Positions 1-9,708 of a stretch of DNA of 64,000 bases are shown here, piece after piece. The stretch lies in the NCBI GenBank assembly GCA_964628755.1, contig CAZVMQ010000001.1, positions 28,628 to 92,627 of the forward strand, in the 5' to 3' direction. The notes under the pieces are model-generated. The model ran no database searches. It was not told where the DNA came from and worked only from the letters and a program-made list of their open reading frames with translations. The stretch comes from an uncultured Halanaerobiaceae bacterium (GTDB lineage Bacteria > Bacillota > Halanaerobiia > Halanaerobiales > Halarsenatibacteraceae). Numbering within the stretch: position 1 is the stretch's first letter; every line of letters begins with the position of its first letter. A program made the position numbers and the translations under genes.

Positions 1-651
1 GATATTGCCGTAATAAATAAGCCAGCCCCACTTGTAGTACATCCTGCTCCCAGTTATACCGGAAAAACTCTTGTTGCTGCTTTGTTGACTAATTTTGATA
101 ATTTATCTCTGGCTGCCGGGAAAAATAGACCTGGAATTATCCATAGATTGGATAAAGGTACTACAGGAGCTCTGGCCATTGCTAAAACTGATAAAGCTTA
201 TTATAATCTGAAGGAGCAGTTTAAAGACAGAAAAGTCAAGAAAATTTATCGGGCGGTAGTAATCGGTACTCCCCAACACAAAAATGCTCGAATCGAAGCT
301 CCAATTGGGAGAGATCCTCACAATAGAACGAAGTTAAAGGTCATGCCAGAAAAAGGGAAAAAAGCTATAAGTGAATATAAAGTTCTGGAGTCATACGACG
401 GGTTTAGTCTGGTTGAAATTGATTTAAAAACCGGCAGAACTCATCAAATACGTGTACACTTTTCTTTTTTGGGGCATCCAATTTTAGGTGATGAAAAATA
501 TCAAGGAAAAGGCAAAATAAATATAGATATCAAACGACCCCTTTTACATGCTTTTAAGCTGGGTTTTGAGCATCCTGTCGATGCAAACTGGCAGGTTTTT
601 AAAGCTGATTTGCCCCGAGATTTTGAGAAAATATTAAATTATCTGAAATAA
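1..651 (+). CDS. rluD: RluA/RluD-family 23S rRNA pseudouridine synthase (5' end lies outside the window)
   Basis: Frame is open from base 1 (DIAVINKPAPLVVHP...); motifs HRLDKGTTG, TGRTHQIRVH, GHPILGD and LHA are present. Confidence 0.93.
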   Translation, partial: DIAVINKPAPLVVHPAPSYTGKTLVAALLTNFDNLSLAAGKNRPGIIHRLDKGTTGALAIAKTDKAYYNLKEQFKDRKVKKIYRAVVIGTPQHKNARIEAPIGRDPHNRTKLKVMPEKGKKAISEYKVLESYDGFSLVEIDLKTGRTHQIRVHFSFLGHPILGDEKYQGKGKINIDIKRPLLHAFKLGFEHPVDANWQVFKADLPRDFEKILNYLK

Positions 652-681
652 GATAAATTAAACCGGGTATTTTAAACTGTT

Positions 682-711
682 GCAGGAGTTTTTAAAAGTA
701 TTATAGAATAT
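682..711 (+). promoter_or_regulatory. Putative sigma-H-type promoter of fusA2
   Basis: GCAGGAGTT with AGGA at 684-687, an 18-nt spacer, then GAAT at 706-709; fits the Bacillus sigma-H consensus RNAGGAWWW-N11/12-RNNGAATWW. Confidence 0.6.
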
Positions 712-766
712 TTAACATAGTGGATTTTAATCATATATTCTACTATCAAATAAAACCAAGGAAGGG

Positions 767-2833
767 TTGGTGGTATATTTGACTGATTATAACACTAATG
801 AAATAAGAAACTTAGCTCTGGTTGGCCACAGAGGCTCCGGTAAAACTACTTTTACAGAAAACTTATTACATGAAGTTGGATGTAAAGATGAAGCAGGTTC
901 GATAGAGGAGCAAAATACTGCTTCGGATTATTCCCCGGAAGAAAAAGAAAGAGGATATTCGATATTTAATTCTTATTTTACCTTTAATTGGCGTAACACC
1001 CGTTTTAATTTTATTGATACACCGGGATATATTGATTTTCAAGGTGAAGCAGCCAGCGCACTATCGATGGTAGAAGGAGCTTTAATTATGGTTAATGCGG
1101 AAAATGGCATAGAAGTTAATACTGATTTTGCCTGGAAACAGTCTGAGAAAAAAAGAACTACGAGATTTATTTTCATAAACAAGCTCGATAAAGAAGAGGT
1201 AAACTATGATGAAATTTTCGAGGAATTAAAAGGGTATTGTGATCTGCCTTTGATTCCTATGACTATTCCAGTGATAGAAGAAGATAAGTATAAAGGGATA
1301 ATTGATGTTCTATCCAGAAGTTTTATAAATTTACAGGGAGATGAGAAAGATTTACCTGCTGAATATACTGAGATCATCGAAGATTACCGGGTTGACCTTG
1401 TAGAAGCTGCTGTGGAATCAGATGATGAATTAATGATGAGATATCTGGAAGAGGAAGATATTTCAGACAAAGAAATTACTGAAGCATTATTTGACTCGGT
1501 AAAACAGGAATTGGCTGTACCAGTATTTGCGGGTTCTGCAGTGCAAAATTCGGGCATCATAGAAGCTTTCGATTATATTCGCAAATTACTTAGATCTCCT
1601 GCCGAAGAAAAAGAAGTAAAAACCGTTTCGGGTGATTTACGTACTATTGACCCGGACCCTGAAGGTGAGCTTTTAGCTCAGGTTTCGAAAACAATGGTGG
1701 ACCCTTATATTGGTAGACTTTCTATTTTTAGAATTTTTAATGGAAAAGTTAATGAAGATAAAGAGCTTTTTGTGCCCAGAATTAATGAAAAAATAAGTAC
1801 AAATAAATTTTATCAACTCAATGGTGAAGAACAGGTGCAGGTAGATGAATTAATAGCTGGTGATATTGGGGCTGTAGCGAAAATTACAGAACTGGAAACA
1901 TCGGATACTATTTGTTCTCCTGAAGATGAAATTGAACTTGAAAGTATAGATTTGCCTGAGCCCATGTTGATTCAGAAAGTCGAGCCCGTAGAGGGTGAAA
2001 GTGAAGAAAAAATGTCTGATGCTATTCAACGTTATAGTCAGGAGGATTTGACCTTTCAGGTAGAATATAATACCGAAACCAAAGAATTGCTGGTATATTC
2101 TATGGGGACAGTTCATCTTAATGTTATTAAAGACATTTGCCGCAGGAAATTTGATGTGAGCTTTGAGACATCTAAACCCAGTGTAGCTTATAAAGAAACT
2201 ATTCAATCCAAAGCTGATGTGGAACACAGATACAAAAAACAAAGTGGTGGGCGCGGTCAATTTGGTCATGTCATGTTATTGATTGAACCTCTGCCCAGAG
2301 GAGAAAAATATGAATTTAAGGAAGAAATTTTTGGTGGAGCAATACCAAATCAATATATACCGGGTGTGGAAAAAGGTGTCAAGGAAGCTATGGAAGAAGG
2401 GGTTCTTGCTGGTTATCCGGTAGTTGATTGCAAAACTACAGTTTATGACGGAGATTATCATGAAGTTGATTCCTCTGAAATGGCTTTCAAAATAGCAGCT
2501 TCCAAAGCTTTTAAAAAGGGAATGGAAGATGCTAAACCTGTACTTTTAGAGCCCATAATGGAGGTACAAATTGTAGTACCTGAAGAGTACATGGGAGATA
2601 TTATGGGGGATCTTAATTCCCGCCGGGGTCAAATTCAGGGAATGGATTCACAAAATGGTCAGCAGATAATTAAAGCCCGGGTTCCGCAAAAGGAGATGTT
2701 CACTTATGCTACAGATTTGAAATCTCTGACTGGAGGTTTTGGAAAATTTTCCATGGATTTTTCTCATTACGAAAAAGTCCCCTCCGAGCTGGCTGAAGAT
2801 GTTATAACCAGGGCGAGAAGAGAAAATGAATAA
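767..2833 (+). CDS. fusA2: Elongation factor G paralogue (EF-G2/FusA2-like); start may be the TTG at 779
   Basis: GHRGSGKTT, DTPGY and NKLD motifs; domain IV KKQSGGRGQFGHV and DSSEMAF; switch I reads RGYSI rather than RGITI; not located in the str operon. Confidence 0.92.
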   Translation: MVVYLTDYNTNEIRNLALVGHRGSGKTTFTENLLHEVGCKDEAGSIEEQNTASDYSPEEKERGYSIFNSYFTFNWRNTRFNFIDTPGYIDFQGEAASALSMVEGALIMVNAENGIEVNTDFAWKQSEKKRTTRFIFINKLDKEEVNYDEIFEELKGYCDLPLIPMTIPVIEEDKYKGIIDVLSRSFINLQGDEKDLPAEYTEIIEDYRVDLVEAAVESDDELMMRYLEEEDISDKEITEALFDSVKQELAVPVFAGSAVQNSGIIEAFDYIRKLLRSPAEEKEVKTVSGDLRTIDPDPEGELLAQVSKTMVDPYIGRLSIFRIFNGKVNEDKELFVPRINEKISTNKFYQLNGEEQVQVDELIAGDIGAVAKITELETSDTICSPEDEIELESIDLPEPMLIQKVEPVEGESEEKMSDAIQRYSQEDLTFQVEYNTETKELLVYSMGTVHLNVIKDICRRKFDVSFETSKPSVAYKETIQSKADVEHRYKKQSGGRGQFGHVMLLIEPLPRGEKYEFKEEIFGGAIPNQYIPGVEKGVKEAMEEGVLAGYPVVDCKTTVYDGDYHEVDSSEMAFKIAASKAFKKGMEDAKPVLLEPIMEVQIVVPEEYMGDIMGDLNSRRGQIQGMDSQNGQQIIKARVPQKEMFTYATDLKSLTGGFGKFSMDFSHYEKVPSELAEDVITRARRENE

Positions 2834-2869
2834 TTAAATCAATTCATTTATAAACTTTTGCTGCAGGTT

Positions 2870-2902
2870 TCCCGGGGTCTTATAGACTCCGGGATTGCTT
2901 TT
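2870..2902 (+). terminator. Putative intrinsic terminator after fusA2
   Basis: Hairpin TCCCGGGGTCT-TAT-AGACTCCGGGA followed by TTGCTTTT. Confidence 0.65.
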
Positions 2903-2931
2903 ATGTTTTACCAAACAGGGAGAGATGATAG

Positions 2932-4434
2932 ATGAAAAAACTTACTAAAATAATATTATTAATATTTAGCTCCATATTATTAACTCTTCCCCTCACTTAT
3001 GAGAACCTGTTTTTTCTGGCCTGGCTGGGATTTCTGCCAGCTCTACAAGTATTCTTACAGGAAAATAATTTGAAAATAACTTTTAAATTTGGCTGGATTT
3101 GGGGCTGGCTGCTGGCTCTGGGGGCAACTTACTGGTTATTTCATCCTATTAATGATTTCAGTGGTTTACCTTTACCTCTGGTGCTGCTGGTTTTGATAAT
3201 TCTTTTTGCAGCAACTGGTCTGTTTAACGCTTTATGGGCAGTTATTTTTAAAATATTGACTTCAGGCAATAGTAAATTTTCTGTTTTTACTTTTGCTTTT
3301 TCCTGGGTAAGCATGGAGTTTATCAGAGGTCTTATATTCCCTTATTATCCCTTTGGTTTTATAGGACTGACGCAAACTGGATTTGATTCTATTTTTCAAC
3401 TGGCTGAAATTGGAGGCACTTATTTAATAACATTTTTAACTTTATTTATAAGTGGTTTGATATTTAAATTTTTTCGTAATAAAAAAGGCAGATATCTTTT
3501 GGCTGTCATTATAGTATTATTAACCAGCTATTTTTATTCCTCACATCTTGTGAATGAGGTGGAAAGCACCGAAGCAGAATTACAGGAAATGAATTTCGGA
3601 ATTGTCACAACTGAAATAGATCAGGAAGAAAAATGGCAGGAAGAAAATATTGAAAGAAATCTGGAAATAATTGCACAGGACATTTCAAAATTATTTGCTG
3701 AAGGAGCAGAGGTTGTAATAACCCCTGAGACCTCTTTGACTTTTGATTATTTGAGGAATGAGTATTATAGAGATCAATTTTATGAAATTTTAGAACCGCA
3801 AGGACATTATATGATTGGAAGTCAATCCCGAGGAGAAGATTTGGCAGGAAATTATAATAGTTATTTTTTACTTGATGCGGACAGAGAAGTATTGTTTCGA
3901 TATAATAAAAATGATCTGATTCCGGGAGAAATAATACCCTTTTCTAGTATTGTTGAATTTTTTACAGGCAGAGAGTGGCATTCACTTACACCGGGTTCAG
4001 AAAAAACTAAATTTTCTTTTAACACTATAAATGGATTTGAGCAAAACTATAGAGTACTGACCTGTTCTGAAATTCTATATGCTCCTGATGATTATGATCA
4101 ACTTGAGGAAATAGATATGATCATCAATCCTTCTAACGAAGCCTGGTTTGGCGATTCAAATCTACAAAATCAGATGTGGCAGGCTGCCCGTATGAGAGCC
4201 ATTGAAACCAGAACCCCCGTATTAAAAGCAGGCAACAAAGCTTACAGTGGTTATATTTCTCCCCTGGGGGAGGAACAAACTGTGAGTCAGAGCGAAAATT
4301 TAACTGTATCCAGTGGTGGGGTTTTTCCGGAAAAAACTTTTTATCAGCAATATGGAGATTACCCGGGTTACTTTTCATTGATCTCAATTCTGGTGATAAT
4401 TCCTGGACTTAAATTAATCCGAGCGGGGGATTAA
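2932..4434 (+). CDS. lnt: Apolipoprotein N-acyltransferase
   Basis: Multi-TM N-terminus plus a nitrilase-fold domain with the E-K-C triad (TPETS, YNKNDLIPGE, LTCSE); SNEAWFG and RMRAIE motifs. Confidence 0.88.
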   Translation: MKKLTKIILLIFSSILLTLPLTYENLFFLAWLGFLPALQVFLQENNLKITFKFGWIWGWLLALGATYWLFHPINDFSGLPLPLVLLVLIILFAATGLFNALWAVIFKILTSGNSKFSVFTFAFSWVSMEFIRGLIFPYYPFGFIGLTQTGFDSIFQLAEIGGTYLITFLTLFISGLIFKFFRNKKGRYLLAVIIVLLTSYFYSSHLVNEVESTEAELQEMNFGIVTTEIDQEEKWQEENIERNLEIIAQDISKLFAEGAEVVITPETSLTFDYLRNEYYRDQFYEILEPQGHYMIGSQSRGEDLAGNYNSYFLLDADREVLFRYNKNDLIPGEIIPFSSIVEFFTGREWHSLTPGSEKTKFSFNTINGFEQNYRVLTCSEILYAPDDYDQLEEIDMIINPSNEAWFGDSNLQNQMWQAARMRAIETRTPVLKAGNKAYSGYISPLGEEQTVSQSENLTVSSGGVFPEKTFYQQYGDYPGYFSLISILVIIPGLKLIRAGD

Positions 4435-4465
4435 TTTAAGTCCATATAGCTAAAACTTAAAATTT

Positions 4466-6235
4466 TTAAAGATGATCTGGTTTTTCATTTTTTGCTATTT
4501 CTTTTACTTCAGTTTCATCTGGATTAACATAAAAAGTTTTATGATTATCATAATAAACTATTCCAGGTTTAGCACCACTGGGTTTTTTTACATCGCGTAC
4601 TTTGGTATAATCCACTGGAACATTTTCGGATTGTCGTGCTTTGCTATAATAAGCTGCTAATAAAGCAGCTTCTTTGATAGTTGATTCGGGGATTTCTTTA
4701 TCTGGCTGATGATTTCTTATTATTACATGAGAACCTGCTATCTCTTTAGTATGAACCCAGATATCTTTACTGGAAGCTACTTTTTTAGTCAACCTATCAT
4801 TCTGGCGGTTATTTCTGCCGATTAAAATTTGATACCCATCGCTGGAGAAAAATTTGCGGGGTTTAGATGTCTGCTGTTTTTGTTTGCTGCTTTTTTGGCT
4901 TTGCTGCTGAATATAACCTTCGGAGATAAGCTCTTCTTCTATTTCATCCAGTTCTGATAGCGTTTCAGCCTGGTTCACTTCAAGCTCAACTTGAGAGAGA
5001 TACTTTTCTTCGTGTCTAAAACGTGCTAGTTCTTTAACAAGATGGTCACGACTCTTTTTAAGCTTATAATATTTTTTGAATAATTTGTCCACATTATCGG
5101 AGGGAGAAATATCACCGTCCAGAGGTATAGTTATTTCTGGTTGATCTTCCTGATAATAATCTATAACTTCAATCTCTTCCTGGCCTTTATCTACCCGGTG
5201 AAGGTTTGCTTTTAATAGTTCTCCGCGGCGCTTATATTTATCTGCTTCTTTACTCTGCTGTAATTTTCCTTTTAAAATTTTTTGCTGTTCTTCATTTTTA
5301 TCCTGATATTTATTTATGATATCCTGCAGCCTTTTTCTTTTTCTTTCTCTGTCTTTTTTTACGATATGATTTTCATAGAAATAATCGAACATTAAATGAG
5401 TACTGGCAAAATTTTTGTGATCCAGGTCCTCTCTGTGATATAAAGGAAAAGCCGATTGATATTCAATATGTCCTTTGCTGTTTAATCCTAAAGTTGGCTC
5501 ATAATCTTCCTGTTTTATTCTCTGTATAAAATGGAAAAGTTTTTTCTTGATATTTTTCTTTTGTTTTTGATCGAATTTTGCAAAATTGACATCAGGTTCT
5601 CCTCCTGCCTGATATATAATTTCGCGAGCTATATCGGGCCCAAAACCCTGAATATTATTTAAAATCACTCTATAAGCAGTTTCATTTGAATTTGTTCTGG
5701 TTATTTCTTCCCACCTTTCTGGGGTTAATTCATAAGGATCTGCTTTATTTTGTGGTGGTGGGGGTTCATATTTCACGTTTGGCATAAGGACCCGGTTGGA
5801 ATCTTTCTCAGGGGGAATTCTTTTCATAGCATCTAACACAGTATTTTCTTCATTCACTAAAATAACATTGCTATATCTTCCCATTATCTCAGCGATAAGC
5901 CTATAAATTTTGTTGTTGCTAGCAATTTTTATGATTAACATTCTTTCCATTCCCGGCTGTTCAATTTCCTTTATTTGACCATTGCGCAGGTGTTTTCTCA
6001 GCACCATAGCAAATACCGGAGGTTCTGAAGGATTGGAAAAATCTATTTTAGTTAGATGTATTCTTGATTGGCGAGGATCTATTGTGGTTAATAGAACAGG
6101 ATTTTCTTTTTTGTGTCTTAATCTCAAAGTAAGAAAATCACTTTCGGGTTGATATGCCTTATCTACCCTGGCACCAATTATTTCATTTTCCAGATCATAA
6201 CGACAGCAGGAAAGGGTAACTCCATCTATAGCCAA
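4466..6235 (-). CDS. rqcH: Ribosome quality control protein RqcH (NFACT/FbpA family); start taken as the TTG at 6235 behind AGGAGTGA
   Basis: N-terminal (M)AIDG, EIMGRYSN, coiled coil, and C-terminal GRNNRQND, WVHTKEIAGSHV, AAYYSK, VDYT and KPG motifs. Confidence 0.93.
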   Translation of the reverse strand: MAIDGVTLSCCRYDLENEIIGARVDKAYQPESDFLTLRLRHKKENPVLLTTIDPRQSRIHLTKIDFSNPSEPPVFAMVLRKHLRNGQIKEIEQPGMERMLIIKIASNNKIYRLIAEIMGRYSNVILVNEENTVLDAMKRIPPEKDSNRVLMPNVKYEPPPPQNKADPYELTPERWEEITRTNSNETAYRVILNNIQGFGPDIAREIIYQAGGEPDVNFAKFDQKQKKNIKKKLFHFIQRIKQEDYEPTLGLNSKGHIEYQSAFPLYHREDLDHKNFASTHLMFDYFYENHIVKKDRERKRKRLQDIINKYQDKNEEQQKILKGKLQQSKEADKYKRRGELLKANLHRVDKGQEEIEVIDYYQEDQPEITIPLDGDISPSDNVDKLFKKYYKLKKSRDHLVKELARFRHEEKYLSQVELEVNQAETLSELDEIEEELISEGYIQQQSQKSSKQKQQTSKPRKFFSSDGYQILIGRNNRQNDRLTKKVASSKDIWVHTKEIAGSHVIIRNHQPDKEIPESTIKEAALLAAYYSKARQSENVPVDYTKVRDVKKPSGAKPGIVYYDNHKTFYVNPDETEVKEIAKNEKPDHL

Positions 6236-6399
6236 AGATATCACTCCTGTAATTTATATTATTGTACATATTAATTCTATCATTTTACAACTGGGCTGAC
6301 AAATTATTTGCACGGGACTGGTTATAAAGCGAATTCAAAAAGATAGATAATAGGAATTTAACTGAGCTAATCCAGTTTAATACTATCAAATAAGTACTC

Positions 6400-6428
6400 T
6401 TGCTAATTGACTTAGGCTATGTTATCAT
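6400..6428 (+). promoter_or_regulatory. Putative sigma-A promoter of the remA-gmk operon
   Basis: TTGCTA-17 nt-TATCAT with an extended -10 TG. Confidence 0.45.
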
Positions 6429-6563
6429 AATCTAAAATAAGGAGCAAATAAAAAAAGATGTAATTAATTTTTGTAATAAATTTTGGTTTTCTTTATACAT
6501 ATTTTCTGTTAATAAACTTTTAGCCATTAAATTAAATTATTGATTATAGGATGGGGGGATAAA

Positions 6564-6815
6564 GTGTCTGATGTGCAGTTAATAAATATTGGATTTGGCA
6601 ATATAGTTGCTGGTAATAGAGCGATAGCAGTAGTGAGCCCGGAATCTGCGCCGATTAAAAGAATTATTCAGGAAGCTAGAGAGAGAGGAATGTTGATTGA
6701 TGCTACTTATGGCAGACGTACCAGGGCAGTTATTATTACTGACAGTGATCATGTAATTTTATCTGCTATTCAGCCCGAAACAGTTTCACAGAGGCTGGAA
6801 AATAAAGATGAATAA
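6564..6815 (+). CDS. remA: RemA / DUF370 regulatory protein
   Basis: [10 protein letters not shown]...SPESAPIKR...[33 protein letters not shown] start behind GGGGGG; lies upstream of gmk. Confidence 0.95.
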   Translation: MSDVQLINIGFGNIVAGNRAIAVVSPESAPIKRIIQEARERGMLIDATYGRRTRAVIITDSDHVILSAIQPETVSQRLENKDE

Positions 6816-6844
6816 GATTTATTTGATTTTGGGAGTGAAATGAT

Positions 6845-7423
6845 GTGAAAAGGGGAATTTTATTCGTTTTTTCCGGTCCTTCTGGTGTTGGAAAAGGTAC
6901 TGTATTGGACAGACTTTTTGAAAAATATGATGGAGTGGAATATTCAGTTTCCATGACTACCAGGCCTCCACGTGAACATGAGGTAGATGGAGAGGATTAT
7001 CATTTTGTGAGTGAAGAACAATTTGAGGAAATTAAAAAGAATGATGGTTTTATAGAATGGGCCTGCGTACATGGTAATTGTTATGGCACTCCTAAAAAAT
7101 TTGTCTATGAAGCTTTAGAAGCAGGCAAAGATATTATTTTAGAAATAGATATACAGGGGGCAAAACAGGTTAGACAATCTTTTCCCGAATCTGTTTTTAT
7201 TTTTCTTGAACCACCTTCTTTTTCCGCCCTGGAAAAAAGACTGGCCAGGAGAGATTCAGAGAATAATGAAACCAGGAAATTGCGACTGGAAAATGCCAGA
7301 GAAGAGATTGCAGAAGCTTCCATGTATGATTATAGAGTCGTTAATGATGATATCGATAAGGCTGTAGAAAAATTAGTAGATATTTTTGAGAAAGAAAAGG
7401 CAAGGAGGGAAAATAATGATTGA
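6845..7423 (+). CDS. gmk: Guanylate kinase
   Basis: SGPSGVGKGT P-loop, TTRPPR, YGTP and LEIDIQGA. Confidence 0.97.
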   Translation: MKRGILFVFSGPSGVGKGTVLDRLFEKYDGVEYSVSMTTRPPREHEVDGEDYHFVSEEQFEEIKKNDGFIEWACVHGNCYGTPKKFVYEALEAGKDIILEIDIQGAKQVRQSFPESVFIFLEPPSFSALEKRLARRDSENNETRKLRLENAREEIAEASMYDYRVVNDDIDKAVEKLVDIFEKEKARRENND

Positions 7424-7625
7424 TGAACCATCTTTAAAAGAACTCACTAAAAGTAACAGTAATTTATTTACTTTGGTAATTATGGCTTCTAAAAGGGCTC
7501 GTAACTTAAATAATGGTGGTAAAGAACTTTTAGAAGAATATAGAGGTAACAAAGTTGTTTCAAAAAGTTTAGAAGAGATTGCTGCAGAAAAGATTGAAAT
7601 AGAAAATGATTCACCGGATCAATAA
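7416..7625 (+). CDS. rpoZ: RNA polymerase omega subunit
   Basis: PSLKEL...FTLVIMASKRAR...K.VSKSLEEI; ATG behind AGGAGG; gmk-rpoZ-coaBC synteny. Confidence 0.9.
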   Translation: MIDEPSLKELTKSNSNLFTLVIMASKRARNLNNGGKELLEEYRGNKVVSKSLEEIAAEKIEIENDSPDQ

Positions 7626-7664
7626 ACAAAAATACTTAAATCTGCATATTTTGGAGGGATGTAA

Positions 7665-8858
7665 TTGGAGCCTACGATTTTGCTGGGGATAACAGGGGGG
7701 ATAGCTGCATTTAAGTCAGTCAGTTTAGCCAGCAAATTGACCCAGAGTGGATTTGATGTTTATTCTGTCATGACTGAGGCTGCTAAAGAATTTATAGACC
7801 CTACTACCTTGAGATCCATAACCCAAAATGTGGTTGAACATGATATGTTTTCTCCTCCGCAGAAACACAATGTTAAACATATTTCCCTGGCTGATAGAGC
7901 TGATTTAATCGTTATAGCTCCAGCAACAGCAAATTTTCTGGCCAGAATTGCTCAGGGACAGGGAGATGATCTGTTAAGCACTGTCATGCTGGCCTCTAAT
8001 GCTCCCGCCATACTTGCACCGGCGATGAATGTCAATATGTATGACAAAGCAGTGGTGCAGGAAAACCTTGCAGCTCTACAGAGCAGGGGTTATAATATTG
8101 TAACTCCAGGTAGTGGTTATCTGGCCTGTGGGGTTGAAGGTCGAGGGAGAATGGCAGAGCCGGAACAAATAATTGAAGCTATTGAAAGAAAATTGACCCC
8201 TGAAGACCTTGCTGGTTTGCAGTTTTTGGTTACTGCTGGACCTACCAGAGAACCTGTGGACGAAGTCAGATTTTTTTCAAATTATTCCAGTGGCAAGATG
8301 GGTTATGCACTTGCCAGTCAGATTATAAAAAGAGGAGGGGAAGTTAAATTAATTACAGGCCCTACTTCACTTTCAACTCCTCATAATTGTGACACTATCC
8401 ATGTGGAAAGTGCCGAAGAAATGTTTGCTGAAAGCAAAGCTATATTTCCCAATTGTGATGTGGCAATTTTAGCTGCTGCAGTGGCGGATTTTAAACCTCA
8501 AAATTTTTCTCAGGGAAAAATAAAAAAAGATAGTTTAAATGATTTCTCTATATCCCTGGATGCTACCAAAGATTTAATGGAGCAATTAGTTTCAGAAAAA
8601 GAATCTCAACAGATTATTGCGGGGTTCGCGGCAGAATCAGATGATCTTAAAAAAAGAGCCCGCAAAAAATTTCAAAGGAAAAAACCTGATTTAATTATGG
8701 CCAATAATATTTCCCGGTCAAATAGTGGCTTTGAATCGGATCAAAATGCCGGATATATTATAAAAGAAGAGGAAGAAATTGAGATTACTTTGCGCAGTAA
8801 AACGGCTGTAGCTAATATAATTTTAGATGAATTAAAAAATTTAATCAGGAGGGACTGA
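7665..8858 (+). CDS. coaBC: Phosphopantothenoylcysteine decarboxylase/ligase
   Basis: GITGGIAAFK, APATAN, PAMN, LACG, TAGPTRE, SNYSSGKMG, AAVADF and GFAAE motifs. Confidence 0.97.
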   Translation: MEPTILLGITGGIAAFKSVSLASKLTQSGFDVYSVMTEAAKEFIDPTTLRSITQNVVEHDMFSPPQKHNVKHISLADRADLIVIAPATANFLARIAQGQGDDLLSTVMLASNAPAILAPAMNVNMYDKAVVQENLAALQSRGYNIVTPGSGYLACGVEGRGRMAEPEQIIEAIERKLTPEDLAGLQFLVTAGPTREPVDEVRFFSNYSSGKMGYALASQIIKRGGEVKLITGPTSLSTPHNCDTIHVESAEEMFAESKAIFPNCDVAILAAAVADFKPQNFSQGKIKKDSLNDFSISLDATKDLMEQLVSEKESQQIIAGFAAESDDLKKRARKKFQRKKPDLIMANNISRSNSGFESDQNAGYIIKEEEEIEITLRSKTAVANIILDELKNLIRRD

Positions 8859-8859
8859 A

Positions 8860-9633
8860 GTGGATCCTGTAGCTTTTACTTTAGGGCCTTTTAATGTTAG
8901 ATGGTATGGTATTTTTGTTGTTTCAGGAATAATTCTCGGATTTTTGCTTACCATCTGGCAGGGGAAAAAGTGGGGATATGATAGTGAAGATATAATAGAT
9001 TTTTTGTTATATGGTTTGCCAATAGGGCTGGTGGGCACTAGGGCGTATTATGTGATATTTAATATTCAATATTTTAGTAATAACCCCATTGAGATATTTG
9101 ATATTTCTGGTGGTGGTCTGGCAATTCATGGAGCTATGTTTGTAGGTTTACTCTACACGGTATTTTTTGTTAAGTGGAAAAAATACTCTTTTCTGAAATT
9201 TGCGGATATATTGACACCTGCTTTTCTTTTAGGACTTGCTATTGGAAGGTGGGGTAATTTTGTTAATCAAGAAGCACATGGAGGAGAAGTTTCTTCTGAA
9301 TTTATTTCTTATTTTCCTCAGTTTATTCAGCGTGGCATGAATATAGGAGGCACCTACTATCATCCAACTTTTTTTTATGAGTTTACTGGTAATTTAATAA
9401 TTTTTCTCGTTTTGGTCATTTTTATGCGTTCCAAGTTTTATATAAAAGGAAGAGTTTTAGCTTTAGGCCTGGGTTTATATTCCCTTATACGTTTTTTGAT
9501 TGAGGACTTAAGGGTAGATAGTCTTTATCTTGGAAATATTCAGATTGCTAGACTTGTTAGTATTTTGATTATCGCGGGATGTGTATTATTATTTATCTAT
9601 GCTAGAAAGCTGCAAAATTATAAAGCTTTTTAA
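8860..9633 (+). CDS. lgt: Prolipoprotein diacylglyceryl transferase
   Basis: VRWYG, GGLAIHG, IGRWGNFVNQEAHG, HPTFFYE and RFLIEDLR motifs. Confidence 0.96.
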   Translation: MDPVAFTLGPFNVRWYGIFVVSGIILGFLLTIWQGKKWGYDSEDIIDFLLYGLPIGLVGTRAYYVIFNIQYFSNNPIEIFDISGGGLAIHGAMFVGLLYTVFFVKWKKYSFLKFADILTPAFLLGLAIGRWGNFVNQEAHGGEVSSEFISYFPQFIQRGMNIGGTYYHPTFFYEFTGNLIIFLVLVIFMRSKFYIKGRVLALGLGLYSLIRFLIEDLRVDSLYLGNIQIARLVSILIIAGCVLLFIYARKLQNYKAF

Positions 9634-9708
9634 CTGGATATTTAGCTTTATTATACAACTTTAAAATTTAATCACTACAATTGACAAAGAAAGGATGTAA
9701 AAGCTAAT

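Noticed and set aside
9634..9708. SAM riboswitch upstream of metK
   Set aside because: The gap is only 75 nt and contains no S-box or SMK consensus elements
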